Shown one piece after another: positions 47,752 to 57,870 of a stretch of DNA of 64,000 nt. The notes beneath the pieces were generated by a model. The model did no database searches. It was not told the DNA's origin and was given only the letters and a program-made list of their open reading frames with translations. This DNA is from a virus, in IMG/VR virus record IMGVR_UViG_3300036859_000186, positions 1 through 64,000 of that record. One strand, given 5' to 3'. The position numbers and the translations under genes were made by a program. The first letter of the stretch is position 1; each line of letters opens with the position of its first letter.

Positions 47752-48870
47752 ATGTATATCCTTAACCAACGTAGCACGCATTCCTCCAGGCTAGAGAGGT
47801 GGTTAGGTCCAGAACAGGTAACTAAGCTATCTCTTAGCATGCATGGATGGTATGGTCCACCCATCGCTTTAGCTAGTGTTCCTGGTTCAGTGTGGGCTAC
47901 TGGCGATGGCGACTTTGTGGGGCCTATTACTGCGGGTCGTCTCGCCCATGCTTACGATTACCTTCGTGATCGTGTGCGAGCCCGCATCCGCCACATTGGT
48001 CGCAGCCAGATGACCAAACTTGGTTCTGGTTTTGTTGACCTAGCAGATGTCACATCCTCACTACATACAACTCAATATCTAAATTTCTACAAGGATGTCA
48101 CCACAAACGGACTTATTACAGCTTCCTATTGGGGGCTTGGTGGTGTGCCATCTGCTGGTGCCAACGCTGCAGCAGCTCCTGGCGGCGAAGCTCCTACCCG
48201 TGCCACTACAGGTGCCCTAGGTCAATACAATCCGCCGGCAAGCAATACACAGCATTTTTCTCGTGCCAATACCTTCACTGACGGACAGGCTTCATCCTAT
48301 CTTCTATATGATAGATTGTTCCAAGTGAACAAGACTATGAACTCTACCACTGCAGAATCAGTAACTGGAGTCCCTACTCGCTATCAGTCCTCAACCTCCA
48401 CTGACATGGACTATGCGGCAGGAAACTTTTGTTTCCCTGAAGTTGGTGGCACCGCTCTTGCAGCCACAGCTCACAACTGGACAGTTTGCCAATATCGTAA
48501 TCAAACAGGAACAGATGCTCAATCATTCCCATCAGTAGCCGGACGATCAGCCGCACAGGCTCGAACTATCGATCTCCCGACTTCTTCATGGTTCATGCCA
48601 CTATCCTCAGCTGATACTGGCGTAATAGACTTAGCACAAATACAGTGTGATGCTTTGGTGGCCACAGGCGTCATTAATTTCGTCATTGGCCATCCAATTG
48701 CATGGTTCACTAATCCAATCATCAATAACGTCTTCCAGTCCGACGGCATTCTAACTGCCTTCAATATGGTTAGAATATTTGATGATGCTGCCCTCACCAT
48801 ACTGGACATCTACAGAACAAATTCGACAGCATCCACAGTAACTGGAAATATTGAAACCATCTGGGGTTAA
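47752..48870 (+). CDS. putative virion protein, paralog B
   Basis: Shares RLERWLGP, ESVTGVPTRYQSSTST etc. with previous gene. Confidence 0.7.
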   Translation: MYILNQRSTHSSRLERWLGPEQVTKLSLSMHGWYGPPIALASVPGSVWATGDGDFVGPITAGRLAHAYDYLRDRVRARIRHIGRSQMTKLGSGFVDLADVTSSLHTTQYLNFYKDVTTNGLITASYWGLGGVPSAGANAAAAPGGEAPTRATTGALGQYNPPASNTQHFSRANTFTDGQASSYLLYDRLFQVNKTMNSTTAESVTGVPTRYQSSTSTDMDYAAGNFCFPEVGGTALAATAHNWTVCQYRNQTGTDAQSFPSVAGRSAAQARTIDLPTSSWFMPLSSADTGVIDLAQIQCDALVATGVINFVIGHPIAWFTNPIINNVFQSDGILTAFNMVRIFDDAALTILDIYRTNSTASTVTGNIETIWG

Positions 48871-48872
48871 GA

Positions 48873-49391
48873 TTGGCCACCTACAATTCCTCAATTCCCA
48901 GGGGGACACTGATAGGTTCCTTAGCTTGGGCACCTACTAGCACTTCCCACAATCCTAATCCGCCCATCACTATTGAGGGAACGGGCCTTGTCAATTACGA
49001 GCTGAATCTAGAGCCGGGCACCTACACGCTCACAGGTGCCGATCTCACACTACTCCGAACTTACATTCTTAACCTGGAACCAGGTGTCTATACACTAACA
49101 GGCTTCTTTGTTTCGAACGCCAAGGATTATGAGCTAAACCTGGAACCAGGTGTCTACACCCTTACTGGCTCAGATACAACCCCATCAGTAGGTCGGTTCC
49201 TCAATCTTGAGCCTGGCACCTACACACTCACTGGCTTCTTCGTTGACAATACACCTTCAATCACCTCTCTAGCTGTGCGCGATGGCCACATGCAGCGAGC
49301 CTACGTAGCAGGAGAAATCCTCCAGTCTACACAAGTCATGGACGAGCTGCTTTCAGCCTTTGTTAGTGACGAAATTCTAGAGGAAATCTAA
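48873..49391 (+). CDS. repeat-containing virion protein
   Basis: Four LNLEPG(T/V)YTLTG repeats; TTG start. Confidence 0.65.
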   Translation: MATYNSSIPRGTLIGSLAWAPTSTSHNPNPPITIEGTGLVNYELNLEPGTYTLTGADLTLLRTYILNLEPGVYTLTGFFVSNAKDYELNLEPGVYTLTGSDTTPSVGRFLNLEPGTYTLTGFFVDNTPSITSLAVRDGHMQRAYVAGEILQSTQVMDELLSAFVSDEILEEI

Positions 49392-49807
49392 TGGCATCTC
49401 CTATCAAAGATTTTGGTCCGAATGATGCTATCCCAGAAGGATCAGATCGCCGCTACAAGTGCAAGTTCTTCGAGGCAGCTGACGGCGAGCCCCAAATCGA
49501 TGACTCGGCCATCCTCACCATCACTGCTACCCTTCGAGACATCTCACCACAGGGCTCGAACAACATCATTAATAGCCGTCTCGATCAGAGCGTTCTGAAC
49601 ACGAATGGAGGCACCCTCGCCACCGACGGCACCTTTGCCCTGTTCCTCACAGGCAATACAGACAACGTCTGTATGACCCCACAAGAATCAGGCAAACTGG
49701 AACTGCACAAACTAACTATCAAGGTGACCTACACAAAGTCTGGTGGTGGCACGGGTTACCTGAATCATGAAATTCGCTTCTACGTTATGAATCTGGGAGA
49801 TGTCTAA
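49391..49807 (+). CDS. hypothetical virion protein
   Basis: TAATG coupling. Confidence 0.6.
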   Translation: MASPIKDFGPNDAIPEGSDRRYKCKFFEAADGEPQIDDSAILTITATLRDISPQGSNNIINSRLDQSVLNTNGGTLATDGTFALFLTGNTDNVCMTPQESGKLELHKLTIKVTYTKSGGGTGYLNHEIRFYVMNLGDV

Positions 49808-50160
49808 TGGCAGTAACCTCTACACGCCGAGAAGAAATCACCTTCGACGGGGACGTTGTTGGTGCCGAGATCCTGGAAGCAGCCGATAACCTGGTATCGC
49901 CAGGCTCCATCGAAATCAAAACACTCGCCTCAGGCTTCACCTCAATCTCGGTCCCCACGGGTGGCTCAACCGTCACCGCCTGCACAATTGTCCCGCCAGC
50001 AGGCAACTCCACCTCCATCACTCTTAAGGGTGTCACAGGGGACACAGGAATCCGTATCCACAATACGGACCCAACAACCATCGCAATCCATTCCTCGGTC
50101 ACTGCCATCGGCATCACTACAGGTGCTATCATCACTGGCGTTCGTTTCTTCTGGTCCTAA
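49807..50160 (+). CDS. hypothetical virion protein
   Basis: TAATG coupling; beta-rich. Confidence 0.6.
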   Translation: MAVTSTRREEITFDGDVVGAEILEAADNLVSPGSIEIKTLASGFTSISVPTGGSTVTACTIVPPAGNSTSITLKGVTGDTGIRIHNTDPTTIAIHSSVTAIGITTGAIITGVRFFWS

Positions 50161-50174
50161 GGAGCTTCCATCGT

Positions 50175-50513
50175 ATGTGGCTTTCGTCTCGTCTCGTTGA
50201 AATCTTCGGCATCTCTAAAGAATCGTTTGACGACCTCCGTCAAGAACTAGCCACCACCAAGGCTGAGCGAGACTCCTACAAAGAGGAACTCTCTCGCACG
50301 ACCATCATGGCTGACTGGCTCCGTATGCAAATCAACCAGCTCCAGATTGAGCGCACTCAGCTCCTGGACAAGGCATATGGCATCAAGACCCCAATCCCCG
50401 AGATAGCTCGGGCCAGACACGCCATCGCCCCCCACCTGGATGAATTCTCATTCGAGGACGTAGGCGATGAAATGGCTAAAAAGCTGGGTCTACCAACTTA
50501 CCACACCTCTTAA
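50175..50513 (+). CDS. coiled-coil hypothetical protein
   Basis: AAGGAG RBS. Confidence 0.6.
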   Translation: MWLSSRLVEIFGISKESFDDLRQELATTKAERDSYKEELSRTTIMADWLRMQINQLQIERTQLLDKAYGIKTPIPEIARARHAIAPHLDEFSFEDVGDEMAKKLGLPTYHTS

Positions 50514-50520
50514 GTAGCTA

Positions 50521-52815
50521 ATGGCTGACACACTTCTAGGCTCGACTAATCTGGCCCCCGCACCTCCCGCAGAGCAACAGCCTGCAGGTCCAGGACAGCC
50601 ACCAGCACAGCAGCCCATCTACGACGACGCCCGCATCCTGGAGCTATTCGACACCCTCAAGCGTGAGTCAATGGACTACCGTTGGGTGTTCGAGAAGGAA
50701 TGGCTTCGAGATCAGAACTACGTTGGCAACCGACAGTGGATCACATATCACCCATCACGGCGTGAGTGGATCGACAAGCGGCTCCACAAGTGGATTCCCC
50801 GCCCTGTCACCAACAAGATGGCCGAAATCGTGCAGTCCATCCGCACGAACTTTGGAGCCATCAACCTAACTGTCAAGGTCCGTCCAGTCGGTAACACTCC
50901 CGTCTCGCAGGCAGCAGCTGAGATTGCGGACCAGATGTCTCCCATGATCCATGAGGAGCACGACATGAACCAGGTTATGCGTGAGGCCGACTATTGGCTC
51001 ATCACCGCCGGTTCAGTCGTCCTTCAAACGTCCTGGGACCGAGACATCCGTTCTAACCGACTTTTCGTTGCATCCGAACAATGCTTGACCTGTGGGACCG
51101 TCAATACACCCAAGGTCATTCAACAATCTGGTAACATCTGCCCAACCTGCGGCGGCCAGCAGTTTCAAGCTGCTACCGACCAAGCAACTGGGCAACCCGT
51201 AGGCGAGTGGCTCGCATTCGGTAAAGGCAAGACAACCGCCCTCTCTCCTTTCGAGTGGGCCGTTCCTGTCAACATTACTCGATTCGACGAACTCCCCTAC
51301 CTAATCCGTATCCGCTGGCGTGACAAGCACTGGTTCGAGGCTAATGCCCCCGACCTCGTCCCCAAGATCACTTGGGAGAAGTCGCCCTCGGATCGGTCGA
51401 TGCAAATCTACAAGTCCCTAGCCACCTCCAACGATATTGGGGGCGTGCCAAACTTCATGGGCGTCGGCTCATCTGGTGGCCAGTCCGTCGATGGCATCAC
51501 TGAATACGAACTGTGGCTCAAACCCACTCCAGAGTTCCCACAAGGACTCGTCTGCCGCATTATCGGTGACAATCAGCCCATTGTGCTCCACATGCCCGAG
51601 GAAGGGCTCCCTGGACCGTTCCCCTACAAGGACATCCAACAGAAGCCAATCTTCCCCTTCACCTTCGCTCAATACGAGCACGTTGGAGGCCGTCTCTACG
51701 GTCGGTCCGCCATCAGTCCCCTCATTCAGAAGCAAGACCAGCTGAACCAGCTCGATTCTCTCATCCAGCTGATCGTTCAGCGTATGGCCAACCCCATCTG
51801 GGTCGTTCCAGAGGGGGCAGGCATCGACACCTTCTCAGGTGAGCCTGGCTTCGTCATGAAGTGGAACCCGCTAGCCGCTGGAGGAACCGCCAAGCCAGAA
51901 CGTATCGCAGGCTCAGAAGTCCCAACCTCCCTCCAACTCCTCCGTGCCCAAATTCTCAAGGACATCGAGGAACTTTCGGGAGCATTCGACATCATCAAGG
52001 GTCAAAAGCCCAGCGGTGTCGAAGCCTTCTCAGCTCTTCAGCTCCTTGTCGAGCGTTCCCAATCTCGTTTCACTTCGGTCTTCCAATCCCGTGGTGAGAT
52101 GTATCGGAAGTGGTTCGCAATCGCTATCGAGCTAGAGCGTCAGTTTGGTCCAGAACAGCGTGTCATGACCGTCGTGGGTCCCAACCGGGGCTTCACGTTC
52201 CAACAATTCCAGAACGCCCAACTACAGGGCGATATCACGATTGCGCTGGAAGACGGCTCAAACATGCCCAAAACCGCTCTGGGCAAGCGAGCTGCCATCG
52301 AACAAGCTAATCAACTTCGTCTCCTAGACCCCTCAGATCCCGACCAGCGTTACGCCCTTCTCAACACGTTCGGCCTCTCGGACCTCGTGCCAACCCTTGA
52401 TTATCATGTCCAGGCCGCACTCAAGGTCCAGGACGACTTCGAACGTTGGGCCGTCAATCCAATGGGACCACCTCCCCTGGTGTTCAAGCCTTGGTTTGAT
52501 CCGATGGTTCACTGGGTCGAGCACATTAAATGGCTCAACACAGACCGTATGCGTGACATGCTAGCACAGAATCCGATGCTAGAGCCTATCGTCATTCAGC
52601 ATCTGCAACAGCTACAGTTCATTATGAACCCACCAGTCCAGGTAGGACCCGACGGGCAGCCCATTCAACAGGGTCCCGGCGGCCAACCTGGAGGCCCTCC
52701 TCAACCAGGAGGCGGTGGGCGAGCAATGGCAAATTCGAACCAGAACGCAGGAGCCCCTAACAGCTCCCAGCCTTCTGGGAACAAGCAGTTTGGTCCTAAC
52801 GTTGGACCTGCGTAA
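50521..52815 (+). CDS. portal protein
   Basis: 764 aa; position; GRLYGRS...QDQLN...NPIW; Pro/Gln-rich tail. Confidence 0.85.
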   Translation: MADTLLGSTNLAPAPPAEQQPAGPGQPPAQQPIYDDARILELFDTLKRESMDYRWVFEKEWLRDQNYVGNRQWITYHPSRREWIDKRLHKWIPRPVTNKMAEIVQSIRTNFGAINLTVKVRPVGNTPVSQAAAEIADQMSPMIHEEHDMNQVMREADYWLITAGSVVLQTSWDRDIRSNRLFVASEQCLTCGTVNTPKVIQQSGNICPTCGGQQFQAATDQATGQPVGEWLAFGKGKTTALSPFEWAVPVNITRFDELPYLIRIRWRDKHWFEANAPDLVPKITWEKSPSDRSMQIYKSLATSNDIGGVPNFMGVGSSGGQSVDGITEYELWLKPTPEFPQGLVCRIIGDNQPIVLHMPEEGLPGPFPYKDIQQKPIFPFTFAQYEHVGGRLYGRSAISPLIQKQDQLNQLDSLIQLIVQRMANPIWVVPEGAGIDTFSGEPGFVMKWNPLAAGGTAKPERIAGSEVPTSLQLLRAQILKDIEELSGAFDIIKGQKPSGVEAFSALQLLVERSQSRFTSVFQSRGEMYRKWFAIAIELERQFGPEQRVMTVVGPNRGFTFQQFQNAQLQGDITIALEDGSNMPKTALGKRAAIEQANQLRLLDPSDPDQRYALLNTFGLSDLVPTLDYHVQAALKVQDDFERWAVNPMGPPPLVFKPWFDPMVHWVEHIKWLNTDRMRDMLAQNPMLEPIVIQHLQQLQFIMNPPVQVGPDGQPIQQGPGGQPGGPPQPGGGGRAMANSNQNAGAPNSSQPSGNKQFGPNVGPA

Positions 52816-52906
52816 GGGGCAGCGCTAATTGCCCCATACTGCTCCCCTCCGTTCTGGGGAGCCTTCCAAACGCGGACCTCACCCGCGACACCAAAGGTAA
52901 GGAAGC

Positions 52907-53770
52907 ATGTCTGACGTAAACGTGACCGATAACAACCCGCAGGGTGGAGCACCTGCGACACCAACTCCCGCTCCATCAACACCAGCGTTCGTTCCCACTC
53001 ATCTTGAGATGGGGACGGCGGTGGCACCCGCTGTTCCAGCCGCCCCAGCGATACCACAGGTAGCCACGCCCGCACCCGCGACAGATGGTGATAGAAGCAA
53101 CTGGGTTCCGCCACACCGAATCCGAGAGACCCGAGAAGCTGCAATCAGGGAGGCTACCACGCAGTTCCAACAGCGTGAGGCCGCTCTTCAAGCGCAGGTT
53201 CAAGCGGTTCAGCAACAGCTTCAGGCACTAGTAGGTGTGCGACAGCCAAGCCAGCAAGTCGCTGAGCAGGAAGCCATCAAACAGCAGTTCGCCTCTCTAT
53301 ATCCAGGACTAGCTACCCTGGAGCAGAAGCACAAAGAACTACTGGGCATCCTGGAGCGAGCTGGAGACTTCGAGCAGAGCACGAGCCATTATTGGCAGAA
53401 CTACGGTCGCCAGTCAATGGACAAGCTCTTTTCACTAGCTTCAACAGCTAATGGGGGAAGCCCTGTTACGCCCGAGGCTAAGGAACAGCTCCATGCCGCT
53501 TTCAGTGGTTGGGTTCAAGCGAGCCCAGAACGCGTTGAGCGTTATACCAATGACCCCACAATCGTGGATGACTTCTGGAAGGCTTTCACTGCCTCCTTTA
53601 TCGACCCCGCACGTCGGGCCGCAGTCACAGCACCAGCCGCACGGCTAGGCGCTCCAGTCCCACAGGACACACCAGGAGTAGCCCCAGCCCAGCGACCAGC
53701 GCCAAAGGCTGGCGACCTCGATGAGATGGTTGCTAGAGCGTGGATTAACTACCAACAGGGGGTAAAGTAG
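52907..53770 (+). CDS. capsid scaffolding protein
   Basis: Between portal and MCP; WVPPHR followed by coiled coil. Confidence 0.7.
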   Translation: MSDVNVTDNNPQGGAPATPTPAPSTPAFVPTHLEMGTAVAPAVPAAPAIPQVATPAPATDGDRSNWVPPHRIRETREAAIREATTQFQQREAALQAQVQAVQQQLQALVGVRQPSQQVAEQEAIKQQFASLYPGLATLEQKHKELLGILERAGDFEQSTSHYWQNYGRQSMDKLFSLASTANGGSPVTPEAKEQLHAAFSGWVQASPERVERYTNDPTIVDDFWKAFTASFIDPARRAAVTAPAARLGAPVPQDTPGVAPAQRPAPKAGDLDEMVARAWINYQQGVK

Positions 53771-53821
53771 GCGCATAAACCGCGCCGTAAAGACCCCTTT
53801 CTATCTCATAGGTAAATACCA

Positions 53822-55123
53822 ATGGGTCTAGATCGTCAGGCACTCGATGCTGCGCTAAAAGATGTCCTAGAGGACGGCGTTGCAGAGGGTGTCAATAACA
53901 AAAACCCACTACGGGACCTAATCAAGACTGAGAAGGTTCCGTTCCGTGGTCGTGAGATTGTGCGTGTCACGCACACCACGCGTAACGTCTCGCCAATGTT
54001 CGTTGGTGAAGACTCAGCATTCGCGGATGCTGGACAGCAGGGCTACTCACGGATGAGCGTTGATCAGCGTAAGCTGATGGCGCGTATTCGTATGACCTGG
54101 GAAGTCATGGTGGACTCGACCTCTTCAGAGGGCGCGTTCGTCTCCGCACGTAAGTCAGAGATGCAATACCTCATCGACGACCTGGCTCGTCGAGACGAGT
54201 TTGCTCTAAACTCTGACGGTCGTGGTGTGCTCGCCCTTGTGGACGAGGCACCTTCAGGAACCACACTAGATGTGGACGCCCCTGCAGGAATCACCAACGA
54301 CAACTTTGGTAACCGCTTCATCTCGGCCGGGATGTTCATCGGCGCAGTCGATCCTACCTCAGGAACACTACGCACGACCATCCACAAGGTGTCAAGCGTT
54401 ACCAATGCCGGTAACCAGATCGAAGTCGATTCATCCACTCACACTGGCTGGGCTGATAACGATTTCATCGTGCAGGTTGCGAACTCAGCAGTCACTGATG
54501 TTCTCGACAGCTCATATGAGCACGCATGGTGGGGCCTGATGGCCCTGGTTGACGATGGCACGTATCGTGCATCCTACTTCGGTCTCGACCGAACACAAGT
54601 GCCCGCCTACTCGGCCTACGTTACGGCATCAACCGGCGCAATCTCGACCGACCTCATTCAGCGAGTGTCGGACGTGGTTGACCAGAAGCTCGGCGGAAAG
54701 ATTGGCATTATCCTGTGCCATCACTCAACACGCCGACTAGTCATCCAGCTAACGGATGGCGACCGTCGATACACTCAGGGAAACCTGATGCGTCCCGACC
54801 CAGCCACGGTGGCATTCAAGCAGGGCGACATCCCCTTCGGTGATGTTCCTGTGCGAGCCCTCCGTGACTTCCCTCTCGACGTGATGATGTTCCTCGACCT
54901 GCAGAACGCAGGATTCAAGGAATACGTCTCAGAGAGCGGCAAGTGGGCTGACGAAGACGGTTCAGTCCTAGCACGTATTGGCACGGGCACATCAGCTCGT
55001 GACAGCTACGAGGCATGGTATCGTATGCGTAAGCAGTATTTCCTGGAGTATCCTGCATACTGTGCCAGACTTGATGGAATTACGGGACAAAGTCTCGTGG
55101 TCCAAAGAGCAGCAGGTAGCTAA
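53822..55123 (+). CDS. major capsid protein
   Basis: 433 aa; position; DGRGVLA, YFGLDR, ARLDGI. Confidence 0.85.
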   Translation: MGLDRQALDAALKDVLEDGVAEGVNNKNPLRDLIKTEKVPFRGREIVRVTHTTRNVSPMFVGEDSAFADAGQQGYSRMSVDQRKLMARIRMTWEVMVDSTSSEGAFVSARKSEMQYLIDDLARRDEFALNSDGRGVLALVDEAPSGTTLDVDAPAGITNDNFGNRFISAGMFIGAVDPTSGTLRTTIHKVSSVTNAGNQIEVDSSTHTGWADNDFIVQVANSAVTDVLDSSYEHAWWGLMALVDDGTYRASYFGLDRTQVPAYSAYVTASTGAISTDLIQRVSDVVDQKLGGKIGIILCHHSTRRLVIQLTDGDRRYTQGNLMRPDPATVAFKQGDIPFGDVPVRALRDFPLDVMMFLDLQNAGFKEYVSESGKWADEDGSVLARIGTGTSARDSYEAWYRMRKQYFLEYPAYCARLDGITGQSLVVQRAAGS

Positions 55124-55129
55124 AGCTAA

Positions 55130-55582
55130 ATGGCTACTCCTACTCATTGTCCTCGTGGCCATGAGTATGATGAAAAGAACACGTATTGGCAGGGAAGAGC
55201 AAACGGCCATAAAACAGCCTGTTGCCGAACCTGCCAGCGTGCTCGCCTAAAAGCTAAAAAGGGTTACCACACAGCCTATATGAGAGAGTGGCGTGCATCG
55301 AATGGTGGACGCCACCGACTCACTTGGACAGAGCTACGAAAACGAAAGAAGGCGTGGCTTGAAGAATACAAGTCCCTCAACGGATGTAATAGGTGTGATG
55401 AGAACCATCCAGCTTGTCTAGACTTTCATCATAGGAATCCAGAGGATAAAACGTTCAATCTTTCGGAAGCAATTGCTCGTGCATCATTGGCACGAATTCA
55501 GGTGGAAGTCGCCAAATGCGACATCCTCTGCTCAAACTGTCATAGAAAGCTCCACTATGAGGAGCGAAAGGAAACTCACTAA
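55130..55582 (+). CDS. HNH homing endonuclease
   Basis: THCPRGH, CNRC, LDFHHR, LCSNCHR. Confidence 0.85.
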   Translation: MATPTHCPRGHEYDEKNTYWQGRANGHKTACCRTCQRARLKAKKGYHTAYMREWRASNGGRHRLTWTELRKRKKAWLEEYKSLNGCNRCDENHPACLDFHHRNPEDKTFNLSEAIARASLARIQVEVAKCDILCSNCHRKLHYEERKETH

Positions 55583-55613
55583 TGCGTCTATCGGTAACAG
55601 ATCGCTTGATAGT

Positions 55614-55718
55614 ATGAAAGAAGAGATCGCTAAATGCGATATTCTTTGTTCTAATTGTCATCGTAAACTACATTACGAAGAAAGACAACGGGTAGCTATA
55701 TCAGATACGTTAAGTTAG
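55614..55718 (+). pseudogene. duplicated HNH C-terminal remnant
   Basis: Second AKCDILCSNCHRKLHYEER with diverged codons. Confidence 0.7.
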
Positions 55719-56089
55719 TCAATAGGTCGTCCCGTGTTCTCAAGGGCGTATGGGACGGTCGTCACTACGACCTCCTACCAGGAGAGACATACTCCTTCCC
55801 GCAACAAATTGCGGAGAAGTTCAAGGAGCAGAACCCAGTGATGGGCTCTGAAGATCCTTACACATTACAAAAGCAATATCTAATCGGCATTGTGGAACTC
55901 GGCGATGACATAACGCCCATCGAGCAATCCAATGCTATTGAGCTTCAGGATCGCTCCAAGCTCAACGACGGCCGAACCTACGAAGTGGTCAAGGGCACCG
56001 GCCTTTACCGCCCAGCAACTGACAGAGCCGAACCTCTCCCATCGGGAGCAGGCGGACCAGTGTCTAGCGCCTTCGTAAACCCCAAGTAA
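55688..56089 (+). CDS. late-operon hypothetical protein, probable ACG start
   Basis: Frame open from 55667 with GSYIRYVKLVNRSS..WDG..Y.L.PG and no ATG/GTG/TTG before 55838. Confidence 0.55.
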   Translation, partial: TGSYIRYVKLVNRSSRVLKGVWDGRHYDLLPGETYSFPQQIAEKFKEQNPVMGSEDPYTLQKQYLIGIVELGDDITPIEQSNAIELQDRSKLNDGRTYEVVKGTGLYRPATDRAEPLPSGAGGPVSSAFVNPK

Positions 56090-56094
56090 CGTCG

Positions 56095-56631
56095 ATGAAC
56101 AACTACATCCCAGATCAGAATCGCTTCAAGCTGACGGGACCACCTTCCTGGTGGCTCCGGCATCTCTGGGAGTTCGATAGCAGCCTGGTGGTTATTCCTA
56201 GCCGCCAGGACTGCGTTTACCGTCTGGCTCAGCGACGCCAGCCCGACCTTCGTGCCAACATCACCAACGATGCGCTCTGGAACATGAGCGACACGCAGAT
56301 GCTGGCTTCCTACAGCCTCATCCCCGTTACTACCATCATCGCCACTGCTAACTGGTCCAACCCACTCATGTGGGAAGACCTTCGTCAGCGTGCCCCATGG
56401 CGTAACGGCGGAGCTGATGCAGTCATCAAGCACATCGAAGGTAACGAACGTAAGAAAGAACTTGACATCGCTGCCAAGAACGACGCTTACAACGACTACC
56501 TTGCAAAGGATGCTTGGCGTTATTACGAAATGAAACAGGGCCTTCGTTCAAACGTCTACTCACCAAAGACACCTGACCGACGCCCCAAGATAGCTAGTAA
56601 GGCTCCCCTTATCCAGGTTGCTACAAGATAG
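56095..56631 (+). CDS. hypothetical protein
   Basis: Operon packing. Confidence 0.65.
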   Translation: MNNYIPDQNRFKLTGPPSWWLRHLWEFDSSLVVIPSRQDCVYRLAQRRQPDLRANITNDALWNMSDTQMLASYSLIPVTTIIATANWSNPLMWEDLRQRAPWRNGGADAVIKHIEGNERKKELDIAAKNDAYNDYLAKDAWRYYEMKQGLRSNVYSPKTPDRRPKIASKAPLIQVATR

Positions 56632-56720
56632 GCGCACCCCGTGCCTAGGCGATCCGATACCCGCCTTTAGAGTATCGGCCGTTGCTCATCCGAGAAGAAT
56701 GAGCGTGCTAAGGAAACAAC

Positions 56721-57191
56721 ATGGCAGTATCACTAGAGTCCGCAGGACGAGTGCGGCAGAAGGCCCGAGAAATCACCCTGGCCCCAGGCGTGTTCTATGC
56801 TCTCAAGGCTTTCTTCCTCAATCATGCGGCAAACAAGGGAAACCTGGACCTCCAGTTTATCCCCTACACGGAAGTGCAGGCGGACGTAGCCGGTGGAACG
56901 GTTCTCCTAACAGGCGCGGCACGTCTCTATTTCGCTTATGCGAAAAAGGAGAACTCAGCAACCGATAATATCACGTTCTTCTACGATGATGCTACGGACG
57001 ACACGACAGACGCCAATGCACGTATTGGTCTCTCAGTGCTCGAAGCTAACGAGTCGTGCTGGGTCTCGTATCCAAACGGTATGCCTCTTGCAACCGGAAT
57101 CGTTGTCACGCAGTATACTAGCGCCTCTGGCCTAGGTAAGGCTGACGGTTCAAACGGTGCAAACGGCTTCGTCATTGTAGGCGCAGCATAA
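56721..57191 (+). CDS. virion protein (capsid decoration-like)
   Basis: AAGGA RBS; late operon. Confidence 0.6.
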   Translation: MAVSLESAGRVRQKAREITLAPGVFYALKAFFLNHAANKGNLDLQFIPYTEVQADVAGGTVLLTGAARLYFAYAKKENSATDNITFFYDDATDDTTDANARIGLSVLEANESCWVSYPNGMPLATGIVVTQYTSASGLGKADGSNGANGFVIVGAA

Positions 57192-57305
57192 GCAGCATAA
57201 GACGCTGCTTAAGAAGACCTAGCTCAGTAGGTGCTCTATACCTCTAGCCGAGGTGGTGTGTGTAGCTGAGCCTACGCACATCGACTAAGGCAAGGAACCC
57301 ACAAC

Positions 57306-57854
57306 ATGCCTTCACGTAATATTCGGCGTAACGCCACGGTCCAAGGACCAGTTACGCCACAGGTCGCCCCAATCTACGTCGATTCGGACGACAACAAGCT
57401 CAAGATCATCCCAGCAGGCTCCGGCACCACCGAGGAAGTCATTCCTTACGCGTCGAGCCCAGCCCTAACTGAGGCTGTAACCGCAACCAACGTCATCACA
57501 GCTGCAGAGTCGGGCAGCACCTTCTTTCTGGCAGCTGCAGGGGGTTTTGTCTCCACTTTGCCAGCTCCAGCTAATGGTCTACAGTTTAGCTTCATTGTGT
57601 CTACAGCCCCATCAGGAGGTTCTTACACAATTGTCACTGCGGGTGGAACTGATCTTATCCACGGTGCTGTAGCTTCAGCGGCTGATGCAGGTGGCTCTGT
57701 GGACTCTACTGCAGGGACAGCAGCAGACACGATTACTTTTGTGGATGGTCAGGCCCTTAAGGGTGATCGTGTAGATGTCGTTTCTGATGGCACGTCATGG
57801 TATGCAACCGGAACGTGCTCAGACGAAGATGCAGTCACATTCACACAGACGTAA
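57306..57854 (+). CDS. virion protein
   Basis: TLPA...GLQF...GD...SDGTSW motif. Confidence 0.65.
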   Translation: MPSRNIRRNATVQGPVTPQVAPIYVDSDDNKLKIIPAGSGTTEEVIPYASSPALTEAVTATNVITAAESGSTFFLAAAGGFVSTLPAPANGLQFSFIVSTAPSGGSYTIVTAGGTDLIHGAVASAADAGGSVDSTAGTAADTITFVDGQALKGDRVDVVSDGTSWYATGTCSDEDAVTFTQT

Positions 57855-57870
57855 ACCTAAAGGAGAATGA

